DNA of 61,526 bases, the filler included, from Choristocarpus tenellus KU-1152 (taxonomy: Eukaryota > Protista > Phaeophyceae), in NCBI GenBank assembly GCA_964200185.2. It is 12 parts of 12 records of this genome, joined end to end, with 100 filler letters (N's around TTAATTAATTAA, not from the genome) between each part and the next. Parts side by side here need not be neighbours in the genome. Positions count along the whole stretch, not along the records: positions 13,171 to 16,597 come from CAXNAD020020107.1; positions 16,698 to 19,789 come from CAXNAD020022374.1; positions 19,890 to 34,209 come from CAXNAD020001227.1; 9 more parts are not named here. The stretch is one strand, 5' to 3'. Position numbers and translations under genes: made by a program. Below, piece after piece: positions 13,854 through 26,700 of the stretch; positions within the stretch are counted from its first letter, which is position 1, and each line of letters starts with the position of its first letter. A model generated the notes under the pieces. That model saw only the letters and a program-made list of their open reading frames with translations, was not told the origin of the DNA and did no database searches.

Positions 13854-15019
13854 CCGTCGATATCGGGACTTTAAAGTAGGTAGTGAAGATGTTTGTTTTT
13901 GTTGCGATGCCAACAGCTGAGTAGTTAGGGTTAGGTGTCGAGTATACATCAATTTGAAGGTGATGTCATAATCTTTCTCCTTATTACTTGATCTTTCTTT
14001 CACCTGATTACTTGATGAGAAGTGAGTTCCGTGTGTAAAGTGTGCAAAGTGTGCAAAGTGAGATCTTTCAAATTGCATCGCATCAATGGAGTCAAATTTC
14101 ACAATTAGCAAGAAAATATAATGTTTTTGCCAAGAAAGTGAGGAGGTTGTGTTGCAATATTTATCCGTATGATGAGTTGCCCTTGCCCTCGGCCGCTCAT
14201 TAGTGCGTGAAGAAGCTGTTTGCAAACGCACGAGCAGTGGTATTTTGCTGTGGCTTGTAAGCATCAATAAAATTTTGGGAGGGGGGGAGTTTTAGCCGAT
14301 TGAAGTGTCTAATGTAATACATTTGTATTTTTATGCATGTAATATATTTGTATCATGTTATTTTTTAATATTTTTACACCTGTGTGTCGTGTGGGGCATT
14401 GGAATGAGTACTTGATGGGGTTGTTCTGATGTGCTTTTTTATTTTATTTATCTCTGTGAATAATACCATGGAGTCAATGAATGGGTTCTAAGGTTGACCT
14501 TTTGTCTCCCCCTCCCCATTGCAGACAAAATAGACAAAATAGACAGAATGATGTTGATGGTGTTTCTTGCCGCTTATGTGTGGATAGGGACTCTCCATTT
14601 GTTTGAATTTTTTTTTAGGAAGAGGGTGGGGGGCTGGCTGGGATCAGGGTCTTGGTTAAGATATGTTTTTTCTTTGTCATTTTCGAATATTTCTAAAAAG
14701 AAAAAGAAAATGTGGATTTTACGAGAATCTTCTGAAGGAGGGCATTTTTTTCTTTAATGGAGACCGGTAACTGAGATGTTTTGTTTTTTCACTCATTTTT
14801 ATTTATTTTATGATCTTTTTTTATGTACGCACTGATTGTGATGTGTAACGTTTTTTTATAAAATTCTGAGTGCCACTACAAAGAACAACATAATACATAT
14901 AAAAAGGAGTATTGTTGTATATTATAATCCTTACAATGAAACAGAGAATCGCTGTTGCACATTTCAATTGTGTGTTGTGAATTGTGTTGTGAATTGTGTT
15001 GTGAACTATGAATAAATAG

Positions 15020-15180
15020 GTGAGGAACCTTCCTGTTGTGTCGGATGGGAAAGGCAAGGGTCAGGTACTGGGGATCATCAACGTGAATGACATCAGTGAT
15101 TACGGTTTCAGCTTGGAAGAGCTTGGAGGGAAGAAGTCATACATCAAGAACATCAGTCAGAGAAAGGGACTTCCAAAGGT
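15020..15180 (+). CDS. Internal exon of a CBS-domain protein
   Basis: TAG acceptor and GT donor; VRNLPVVSDGKGKGQVLGIINVNDISDYGFSLEELGGKKSYIKNISQRKGLPK fits the CBS motif R-x-LPVV...VLGII...DI. Confidence 0.7.
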
Positions 15181-17329
15181 GTGAGTCTAGCGAATCTATT
15201 GATGAATCTATCTGAGATGAGACTGTTCTGGTGGTATAACAGGCTGTGCCCTTCCTTTGGGGAGTTCTTTTGTTGTGCTCTGAGCTATGCTAGTGTTTGC
15301 AGTGTGTTTTGAGTATAACACTGGTACTAATGGGGACAAGTCAGTTGTTTCCTTTATTTGGTTAGGGTTGGGGTTAGGGTTGGGGTTAGAACAGTCAGTG
15401 TGGATGAGGCAGAAGTAGAAAAGGTATTGCATTGGGAAGGCGTTTCTTGCTTCTTTGTAGGTGTAGTATTGAGGAGACATTTTAGGGTGTACCTTGGAAT
15501 GGGATTGTGTGAGACGGCCCACCAAAACAGTGAAAAACATGATAGCATCTTGCTTGTTTATGTGGTGTTTTCAACTGGTGCTGAAGAGAGGGAGTAGGTT
15601 CAAGTAGGTTGTTAAGGGCTTTGGACGGTTTTCATCCCTTTCAAGGCTCGTGTGGAGGAATTGGAATGTATGCAGAGGTTTAAAAAATAGTATCACGGTG
15701 GGACTTAATTGTTGCTTTAAAAAAATAAAAAAAATGGAGTTGTGGGTGTGAAGGTACAGAGTCTTTTCACTTTATTGTCGTGTTTTCTTACCTTCCGAGG
15801 TTAGGGTTAGGGTTATGATCAGTGTTTTTAGAGTATTATAGTATTGTGCTGAATGTATCGCAGGCTGTGGGGAGGGGGGAAGGGGAAGGGGAAGGGGAAG
15901 GGGTGAGAGCTTGTTATTGTCGGAGATTTAACATCAAAGATATCGGTTTGATTGGTAAATAACTGTCTACATGGAAAACTGTACATCACTGTGTATGAAG
16001 TGATCAAGCTCATCACAGAAAGGCTCATTGGCATTACCTCTACCCCCAACATCCAGGTTACTCAGTGGTCTTAATGTTTGCATCAGAGCCCATATTGAAG
16101 AGAGGTCACTCACTCCCTTTGCATTATTCCTTCCCCTGCTATAGTCGGTGTCTCTTGTTCTTGTTCTTGTCCTTGTTCTTGTCCTTACTAATAATACCTG
16201 GTGGTGTATCTGTCCAATCCTTTGCTGTGTTGTGGATTAAAAAGTTTGCTCTATTTTTTTTTTAGTCATTGTTTGGTGTTACACATTGCTACTTCTGACT
16301 CCACTTTTTCTTCTTTTTTGTTCTAGTTGAAGTAGAGAATTATTCTTTGTTTAGATTACATTTGACCAGAAGAAAGACTTCTTTTCCTCCTTTTTTCTGC
16401 TTTTTATTGTGTGCTGTCATTTTAATCAAAATACTGATTCATTCATCCACAACATGATCCAGAATGAATCAGTATTTTGATTAAAATGACAACAGGATTT
16501 TATTTGTTTATTTTTATAACTTGGACAACTACTTTGGCTCTTCTTGATGTAAGACAGCAGTTTTCCCGTTCTATCTACTCCAGAAAGCACCATTGGGNNN
16601 NNNNNNNNNNNNNNNNNNNNNNNNNNNNNNNNNNNNNNNNNTTAATTAATTAANNNNNNNNNNNNNNNNNNNNNNNNNNNNNNNNNNNNNNNNNNNNTCA
16701 ACGAAAGAAGTCCATGCTCTGTGGAGAGGCTTGTCACCTTGGCTGGCAAGGGTTTCTGCGGATGGCTTAACTCTGATTATATACATCCAGATTTGTAGCT
16801 GGTACACGCATTGTAGAGGAAGTTTTGTGCATTGTGAGGGATCAATGGCAGTCACGAAATAAATAATCAACCATCAATGTACAACTGTCATCTTCTCCTG
16901 ATAAGAAGAAATAGTGAAAGAAAAACAAACAAGAGAACAACGGAACAAACTTGAACCAATATGTGATGCAACTCAAGTGACGTATACTTTACTATACTAT
17001 ACTATTCGTGTGGAACGCAGAGCAACTGTTCTGTACTAAGGTGTTCTGCTTGTAATTGATGTGGTGATGACGAACTAGTGAAAGTAACGTCCAAAACGTA
17101 ACAGACCAATCAACAGTCAGTGTTGACTGATTGAACTGTATCGTAACAAGGAACAAACAGATGAGTAGCCTATGCTTTAACACATCCTACCTAACCCTTC
17201 AAGAGGTGCTATGGATTAGACGAAAATCTTCGGCACTAGTCCTCAGCTTAGGCAGAGAATAGACACTGGCAAACGGTCAATACACGCACAAAGGTAGCAG
17301 CAACTAAAACCACACACCACTTGAAGTCT

Positions 17330-19612
17330 CTAGAGACTGAGCTCTGCACGCAGAAGGTCGAGAAGTATCACAGCAGCTTTCTTTTTGGCTTCTTTCTTCC
17401 CAGTGGCCTGGCCCGCAGAGGACACACCACGTAGCACAGACTCATATCTCATGGTACACTGCCACAGACCCCCATTCACTTTCTTCCAGCTCTCTTCAAG
17501 CACAACCTTTGTTTTCTTTGCAAACAGGTTAACTATACTAACAGGGTTGGTTGCTGGGTCATTGCCATTCCCAAGAAAGCTACGGGCCCCTTGCTCCCTA
17601 CTCCGCTGGGTAGTCAACTCTCTCTCTCTCCAAAACCACTTTTCCCAGCCTCTGAAGGGTTGAACTCACGCACGAGGCGGAGCTGATCTTGCTCCACTTC
17701 AGCAAGAAGAGTCGCAGGACGATCCAATCGCTCACTCATTACAACAAAACTACTATCCTCTTGACGGGCTCGACCACGCCCTTGCACAAGGGACACCGCA
17801 TGCTCCATAGCATCAAAGCGAATGACACAGTTGGCTGCAGGCACATCCATGCCTTCCTCGGCCACAACCGTGGTGATCAGCAGGTTAACCAAGCCACTGC
17901 TGAAGTCTGACAGGAGCTTTTGCGCCTCAGTCTTAGAGACGGACAGTGAGACTGTGGCAGGGGATGAGAATGCATAGAGACATGCTGTCGAAAAGAGCTT
18001 GTTCAGTTTGGGGTCACTGGCAATGATGTGGGCAAGCACATGGGTCATGACTCGTTGGTGCACAAAGACAATGCCTCGGAAGGACATACCAATTTTGCTG
18101 CTATGGGAGGCATACTTTTGGAGAAGCACAGTCTTGAGGTGTTCAAAGCGGGGGAATGTCACTGGTACTGTTTCCCAAAATGCCAATAGTAGTCTCTGCA
18201 CAGGAGCTGGCCACGTTCTTGTTGGGTTCACTTTTTGGTCGCAGCCAAACATACGGAGCATTGTTGCTGTGGCATCCTCCGCCTCTTTCCAGGAAACCAC
18301 AAGGATATGAACAGCTTCATACCAATGCTCTAGCTCCTCCAGCATGGGTTTGTGCAACTTCCTCCGGTGCTTGCGCACATATAGCCCCCACCCTTTGGAG
18401 GATTTTTTTCCACTTGGAGGCAACTGGGGGACAAAACCTGGGTCAGTAGAGCAGATGGCTTCTTCCATGGAGCGAACACAAGCCAATATCTGGTGTGTGA
18501 AGTGGGTGCTTTTACCCTCACGTTCACGCTGGAAGAATATTGAATTCATAAGGTGCGGCTTACGGTCTTTCTCTGGGATGGGGGCTCTACCAGTAGGGTC
18601 ACCAGTAAGTACTTTACTGGTGACAGGAGTCTTCCGAAATTCTGGGGCGGCCCCAACTGCATGATATCCCCCGGCCTTCAGCTCAGCCTCGTCTACCGTC
18701 TCCAGCTGTGAGATGCAGAGCTCTTCGCACATATGATACAGGGATGCCTCAACTTTGACCTTCCCAACAGCATATGAGTGAAAGTATCTTAGAGGGTATG
18801 CGTTTTGCCCTGTTTGTCCATTGGGGCTTGACTTCCATGGAGTATTTGTATGACATCTCGTACTCCAGATTGGTTCGGAGTAGGAAAATTTGTATATCAT
18901 GAAAAGGTGCATCCGGAACAAGGATATTGACACTTCATAACAAACAGGATAGCCAAAATTATATCAAAATTGCAATGTTGGATTTTATCCCCTAAATGGA
19001 CGCGACTCTACCCTCTAAGATACTTTGGCTCTATGTGTACGAAGCAGTAAGTCCAATCACACGGGGCTGCAGGGACAAGTCTGACTTCCCTTCTGCTGAG
19101 CATGAACTGTAGGCTATAGATTTTGTTGAAGATCAGCGCAGGCTCAAGGCTAGCTTCCTATATGGATGTTCCTTGAGCACGTGGTGGACCTCGTCAAACA
19201 CGACCACACGAAAGGAGGGCCATTGGATATGCTGGTTACCACTGCTGTTCCTGCCACCACCGCCAACACAGCTTACCTGGTGCTGGGCCACATCAAAGGC
19301 TTTGGGGGTGGTCACCAGGATGTCGAAAATTGAGGGGAGGGTCAACCCGCCCATATACCGATGCACATTGAACCCAGTCCACTCGGAGAGAGCTTTAGCC
19401 TGCTGATCCACCAGGAGGCACGTTGGTACAAGAAAAAGCGCTGGTGGTCCGAGTCTCGCAATTACCTCTGCGGCAATCAACGTCTTCCCCGAGCCCGTTG
19501 GTAGAACCACAAGGGTATTGGCGCCCTCACACTTCGCAACAATACGGGACTGATAGGTACGTAGTTCAATTTCCTCTAGGATATCGATTTCGAGGTGTCA
19601 GTTTGCAAGACC
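17330..19612 (-). pseudogene. RIG-I/Dicer-type DExH helicase with a C-terminal dsRBD; disrupted by two in-frame TGA, a MITE insertion and a frameshift
   Basis: Q motif ELRTYQ, Walker A LPTGSGKT, DEVHH, motif III VIGLTAS, GIVFV, TTVVAEEGMDVPAANCVIRFD, QGRGRAR; dsRBD NPVSIVNLF...GKKEAKKKAA; CAG acceptor before 19612; TGA at 19598-19600 and 19133-19135; frameshift near the GA repeat at ~17620. Confidence 0.88.
18776..19031 (+). mobile_element. MITE family 2 (256 bp) inserted in the helicase, 3-bp TSD TAT
   Basis: TIRs GAGTGAAAGTATCTTAGAGGGTA / TACCCTCTAAGATACTTTGGCTC; removing the element plus one TSD restores ...ASYTYAVGK... in frame. Confidence 0.93.
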
Positions 19613-19929
19613 CTGCAGACAAAAGTAGTCGTAGCAAGGTCGATCCCAATGAGGGAGACAATTAGTGAAATATGGAGGCGTGACTGTGTGGGGCTCTCCC
19701 ATAAAGATTATTTTCAGCTTGAAAAGTGATAGTTTATGAAGTAAACTGAGTTTTGTGGGCGGGAGAATTCTGGTAGGCTGGGGGCACAGNNNNNNNNNNN
19801 NNNNNNNNNNNNNNNNNNNNNNNNNNNNNNNNNTTAATTAATTAANNNNNNNNNNNNNNNNNNNNNNNNNNNNNNNNNNNNNNNNNNNNCCCTGTCTGTT
19901 GGGTTTTGGAGGGGGGGGAAGGCAGGGGG

Positions 19930-20098
19930 TTGGGGGGGGGGGGGGGGGCTGTCCATTTGTGGCCCATTTTTCCCATGTTGCAATCTTTATGTGATTTGGT
20001 TACATGCGTCGGATGGATATTGTAAGTTCACTTCTCCGGGTCAGGGAACTAATGGACACCCTGGTGTAGACCCCCCCCCCCCTCAGATATTTTGACCC
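19930..20098 (-). mobile_element. MITE family 1 copy interrupting the mariner relic
   Basis: Reverse-complement match; ends CAGATATTTTGACCC. Confidence 0.8.
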
Positions 20099-20617
20099 GG
20101 AAATCTGGTCAAGGATGAAGTCCACCCTATCCTTATTGTAAGAAAACGAAAGGCTAGGGGTGACGCGCCACTGAACCCTCATTGCTCCCATGACTTCGAG
20201 TCAGCGATGAAGCTTTGAGCTACTGACTGCGAGGCCCACTTCAGCGAACTTGGTAGAAAGTTGGTCAATAGTCAGCGTGCGATCACTGGCGTTGATTTCC
20301 TGGATCTTCGTTTGCTTCGTTGGCATAATGTCCGATGGCTATCCAGATCATGCTTGTGATTTCAGGGAGACGATATCCCCCCTCTTTAACTGTTCTTTGA
20401 CGCGCACCCACACCCATCAAGGGTGTCTCTCTCCCACTCCAAACTCTTTCGCCAATTTAGACCCACACCCCTCGGGATCCTCTCACGACCTGGAGGAAGA
20501 GCCAATCAATGCGTAACGCAGAGCAAGAGCAGTCCGACCTTCCTCATTCAACTTGCAGATCATTCCCCAAGACGGTGGGCTTCATGCGAGGGATGACAGG
20601 CTGTGGGGGTTCGCCAT
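20099..20617 (-). pseudogene. Tc1/mariner transposase N-terminal (bipartite HTH) relic
   Basis: KLAKEFGVGERHP*WVW...SLKSQA*SG*PSD...DRTLTIDQL...SKLHR*LEVMG...RVTPSLS...DRVDFIL follows the HTH-GRP-HTH-PxL..R.F pattern, with several stops. Confidence 0.78.
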
Positions 20618-23600
20618 GGGGATTGTGAGAGTGTTGTCCAGTTCTACACTACAGCAGGAACATTCACAAATGAGAAGAATATTCCCCGGTATGTATTCCA
20701 TTCTTTCGGACCCATTTCAGAACAGAATTCTTTGTAGAATTCTTTGGATTTTTTTTTAATTAAAATATCCCAAGGAATCCAACACAAAAGTCTGTTTTGT
20801 AATAGGTCATCCCGAAGAGCTACAACTTTCTTTCGGGACAGAGCGAGTATGATACACATTACGTTCATAATAATGCTGTGATTAATGAAGAAGTCAAGCA
20901 TAGTATAAACAGTACATATTCTGATAAACAAACAAATATGTAACGCTTAATCAAGTGCTGAGGTAGGAAGGAGTTTCGATCACACACACATACATACTCA
21001 CACGTATCTACTACATGTCTTACGTGTGTATGTACTCCGAAGTGTATATACATCCACATCAAAGAGATTGCTACTCACTTTAGGAGTAAAATACTGTTAC
21101 TACTCCTAACAAACCAATAATTATTCTACAATAGAAGTGAGTAATTAAATAATAATAGTGTATACTGTCCCTATGTGTATGCGTCTACATAGCTTTATTA
21201 TACATAGTGGACATTTGAGTATGACGCCATTCTTGGTATAGTATATTCCATCTGAATATATATAGCAATAAGTACTTTCTCATTATCTTCGTTTCAATCT
21301 CCATCCTCCTTTTTTTTGGTGACGGTAACTACATCCTTATCTATGCTGCCCACTGACCGTACACTCCAGTCCAGCCAGGCAGAGCGACAGAGTACTACTA
21401 TTATCTGACCTGCAGAGTGTGCTAAAGCCGTAACTAACTGACTGGCCTTTTTTTTTTTCTTTAGACTTACGAACCGAGAGGATTTGCGACTTAAAATTGA
21501 AGTTATGAACAGTTTGTCTGGGTCATTGCATATGGCACGAGGCCAGCGGCGAGAAGAGTAACCCCTGTAAATAGACCTCAGTATCAGTGGTGAGGGGCCT
21601 CGCCAGAGGCTAAAACCTTTGAGGCTAACATTGCACATGTGTACGCATGTGTATCACATGCCATATCAACGGTAACTTTTAGAGGCGAGTGCATGTGGAT
21701 GATGCGAGGCATAATGGAGTAGTCAGTCAAAATATATTCAATTATCAGTTAATTGCGATTAATCGGATGCGGCCGATTATAATCGGCACCGGTTCACAAC
21801 TCTGACTTCCTCACTACAGTACATACTGGGATTTGCCAGTCAGAGAAGAGTCTCAAGGAAGAAAATGCAGCCAATCATGCATCTGAAGCTCTTTATTTTC
21901 AAAGCAATATCAGCCGCCCTGAGAGGCAGATGGGCTTGATAAGCTCACCAAATAAACACCCAGAGATCAATCTCTCTCGATGCCACATGACTTGGCTCAT
22001 GAGGACGTGAAAATTTCAAAATACAGGACTCCTTAGCAACAAAAAAAAACACAAACTCATTCTTCTGACAAAAAGTATGAGAGTATCACAGGTCTACTGT
22101 TGAAGGCCGTAAAAAGTAGGCATAACCCGGTGTGAGGCTACTCCCTCACTCAGTAATCGGAATCCTCATCTAGCACCTCACAATCTAACCACCTGACACA
22201 AAAGGTTTATTCCACACCTCTGCACACTATGGGTGAGCCTACATGCGCCACCCTTCCCCTTTACCCACAAGGCATTGCAACATCAGCATGACAGTGACAG
22301 CAGAATCACACCACTCACTGCCTGCTTCCCAAGTCCTTTCGCTTACCAACATCAACATTAACAGGAAAGAAACACCTTTCTCAACCCTCAGTCCATGCTT
22401 CCATTCTTCCTCATCAGAGTGAAGAGCAAAAGCATACAATGCACCATGAGTAATTGAGGCACAACCAAACAAACTCACAACCAAACAAATTCTAAACACA
22501 CTCCTCAAAAACAGGCAGTACTTTCCTCCACTAGCAACACCTCCAGCCCCTTACCACCTGCCACGCATTGCGTGTACAAGTGTTTTGTGTGTGTGCTCTC
22601 CAGCTCACACCCTACCACAGCCAAGAATCCTACTACTACTCCAGCTTCTATTTTGACAGCAGTGAAATGAAGTGCCAGTTGTATCCAAGTGGCAGTGACA
22701 TCAACTCTCCTCTCATGGTGACGATGGCAACTTGTACTCAAATGTCTGTGGAGTAAAGTTCCCTCTCTATAATGTATTGATAGAAGTCCAAAGGTTAGGA
22801 AATAATGTAAGATGAAGATGTTACTAAAAACACTATTTGAAGGGGGGGGAGTCCATTGCATCATGCCTGCTACTTAATGCAGCATGTCAAGTGTTGAGGT
22901 ATAGGACAAGGGTTGCTGGAAAATGGAATACAAGCAGTGAAAACAAAATGCCGATGGATGTAGTGTGTGACAATGTAGGAATATCAACATAGTATCATCA
23001 GAGATTTCCCTCAAAAAACTACTATTTTGTCAACCAATTTACCAGGACATTTTACATGTTGATTTACTGCTTATAATGCCACCATGTGCAATAGGGAAAA
23101 CATGGAAGGACAATAACCAAAGATGAACAGTACTCTTTTGAAGAATCTCCCACACATTGCATAAAAGACTAAACATTTTCATGAAAAAAAGACAAAAACA
23201 CAGTACAAACACTCACCAATACTAGTGCATCAACATATCAACACCTTACAGTGGAGTACTTGTTTAGGAAAAACAATTGTTATTTTACAACAACCGTACT
23301 TGTTAGAGCTCAACATGTAACATTACTGCAATGCTTAAAAAACAGCCAACTCCAGGTGTTGGAGATAAAATGCATTCATACTCAATGGTCAGAAAAAAAT
23401 GTAAATTGACAACAACAATCAGCACAGGACAAGGCAATGGTTTCTTTTTTTTTAAATGAAAAGTGCAGCAAACAACAAGACTTCCATTTCTGTCTGTTTG
23501 TGCATTACACACACAGCATACTTGTTGAAGAGAGTTATCTCACCTTAGGGAACATTGTATGGTGACAAATAAAAACAGTAATAGTTACACCAGGAAAATA

Positions 23601-23759
23601 CATGTAGCTTGTATGTCACATCGAGTCAATGAGATGCACCCTCTACCACATCCCCTCAACATTGAGATATGCTGTTGCAACAAACACACTTCCCATATAA
23701 TTTCTTTTTAAAATATCTACCTCCCACTTTGTTTTTGCAATCACTACTGTGCCCCTCAC

Positions 23760-26700
23760 CGTTTCATAACCACTGACCACAGCCTTTATATCGGAGCTCA
23801 TTTCCTCTCCCCAGATCTCCACTGCCCAGTCTGCATCAACCTGGACTCAACAGAGCCAGTACACACAAATGTGTGTGTATGTGGCATCAGTTGGTGCCAG
23901 TTCATCTCCCAAATAAATCAAAATCAATACATGTTGATGGAGCTTAGGAATGAAAGTAGACCTTTCTTCCTAGGAAAAAACATCAAAATACTTACTTGTA
24001 CTCTTCAAAGGACTGCGCTGCTGTATCATGTTACCCATCGCCTTACAATGGCATGGAACTTGAATATTCATACCATATACAACAAGATCAAAATATTTTC
24101 CCACCAGGTGCCTCTGGTATGTATTGAGCTCAATATTTTCAAGCAGTAGGAGTGAGGCAAGAATATAGTAGTACACTGCTGTTCAAAATGTTTCGTACAA
24201 AATATACTACTATGTACAGGTTCAAGAGAACCAAAATAAAACAGAAAAAATATGTCAAGACAAAGAGATTTAGGTAATATTGGAAGGCAAATGAATCATG
24301 TTGGTGCAAATGCGCCACACAGCATATCCTATGTACATAATTGTTGCCATTCCTATAATACCTCCTACCCCTCGATCTCAGTACGACTTGCAGAAAGCAG
24401 TCTTCACACACAAAGTTAACGCATTACAAAAGTGGGAGTTGCACAAAAATCCAAAGGAAACATAGATGAGTAAATCACTGCTAATTCTTTAATATATGCC
24501 TCACTGGGAAGGACAATGACATTGCAACCTACAGCGTCAACATTCATACACATACAAGACTAGGGCTCTACCAATAGGAAACGTATCAAAAACACCGCCC
24601 AAACAACATAACGATTTCTACACACCAGGGTAACATTCACCATAATCAGGCTAGAGCAACGCTATGCCATGCTGCACCTTGCCATTGTGGAGGTTGCCGA
24701 GGGTATAGTTGGCAATGGACCGGTTGCACAGGGCTACATATAGAAGATGTCGTGCCCTGGCCTCAGGGTCCTCCCCCGATGTCTTGAGTTTTTTTCCCAC
24801 ATGCACCTCCAAGCACTTGACGGGAGGGGGGGCAGCATGGTTGTAGTGGGGAGAAAGTGATGAGGTGCAAAATTGTAACAGCAGAGGGGTTTACCAAAGA
24901 GTCCTTTGCATCAAGCACCAAATTGTGTCTTATACAGTAATTCAACATGCAACTTTGAAGGGGGGGGTTCCTGAAAGGGTAAGGCACTTGTAGGGATAAT
25001 ACTCATGTGGGCTCACACTGGCAGGACTACACTTCTACACTATACCAAGAAGTAAATTCCTGTTGGATAAAAAACTAACTGGTTAAGGTATCTGCTGCAT
25101 GTATCTTGATTGCAAAGAGAGCAAAGCCTTGGGTGTTTTATGCCAACAATTGAGGAAGTGCAAAGTACCAATCTTGGTCAAGAGTCAATATATGGCAATG
25201 CAAAAGACCATAAATGGCATCTTCAGTATAATTAACGTCAGTGATAAGCTTCACAGCACTCTACACACCAGCCCCCCTGTTATTTAGTCACTAAAAATGG
25301 TAGATCTCTCAGGCTTCATCAGCTACCTGCCCCCATAACAGCCATCTTTGTTCTATTGAACTAGAGCACAATACTTGAAATATATATAGTAGAGGAAGTA
25401 CTGCATCACACAATGCAGGCTTGTGAAAAGGGTAAACTCTATTCCATACCATTGTAGCAATGCAAAGGGTTTATCATTGTTAGCTGCCAAACACCTGAAG
25501 TGTACATCTACCACTCCAAACGAATCGATTGCCATATACACACTCCTATTACATGATGTAATGTACCTCCACAACTCAACCTGAACTGTGTTCCCCAACC
25601 TTTTCCCCTCAATTGACCCCAGAGACCCACTTCTACTTACATATCATTAATTAACAATACAAATCTGCCCCCCCTCCTCCTCCTGATCACCCTCTGCAAA
25701 CCTTGACGGCCTCCCCGAAGTATTCTAGCGCCTTGACTGTTCCAGCCTTCCCACACTCCTGCTCAGTGCCTGCCTTAATTGCAGCTGCAGCTTTATCCAA
25801 TGCTTTTGGAAGGGACAACTCCTCTCCCTCAACAAGCTGGACCATGGCTTTGTACTGTGCTTCCATCCTCACCATTCGGAGGAGTGCAGAGTTCATCTGA
25901 AGATATAGGAGATCATGACCAGGGCAGGGCCACCGGGGGGCAGGAGGAGTTGGCATGGTAAGGTGTGAACCATTATAGTCAGAACATCTCATACATGGTG
26001 CATAATGACTCAATAGGTTACAAGACGGTCACAAATCATGTACATTTTCAGATTAGATGTACAGTAATTCAAGGTACTTCTTATATACTTCCACAAACTG
26101 TACCTGTTAGGTGCCAAATAGAGCATTTGTACTGCACCACCACTATGATACTGCAGCTAGGGTATCTAATGTGGCCAGTTGTGTCGAGGATGAAAGAGGA
26201 CAGGTAATTACTCATAGTCCAACAAAAGTGGAAGCGACAACTTCTAGCGGAATATACTTTACCTTCATATTGAACTTCCTCCTGCAAGCAGCTCTTCTCG
26301 AGCAATAGTAGAATATTTGGGGGGAGGGAGTGGTAGCACAACCGTCAAAGTCACAGATATGCACGAAAAATTGTAAGAAACAGCTACACCAATAGATAAG
26401 CCTACATACATGTACCACAATGAGAAAACAGGGTGCATTAACCCCCCCATCCTCCCTATCTTACCATCAATATTATTAATCATGACTCCACCCTACTCCA
26501 GTGCACACCTGGTCCTCTAGCCGCTGCTGTACCCGATCTGCCCTTCGACGATAAATTATGGCCCTTTCCAGCACACCTCGCATACCAAGAGCATCAGCCT
26601 CACTCTCACCAACCTTATCCACAATTTGGTCTGTTGCAGTGTCCAGGTTTCCAAGTGCCTGTGAAGGTGGTGAGCAGTCAATATGTAATGTAAATTCCCC

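Noticed and set aside
15975-16056. Second CBS exon (TVYEVIKLITERLIG)
   Set aside because: Upstream in-frame stop and no clear acceptor; unresolved
18776-18933. N-terminus of the 439-aa ORF
   Set aside because: Read-through from the MITE, not helicase sequence
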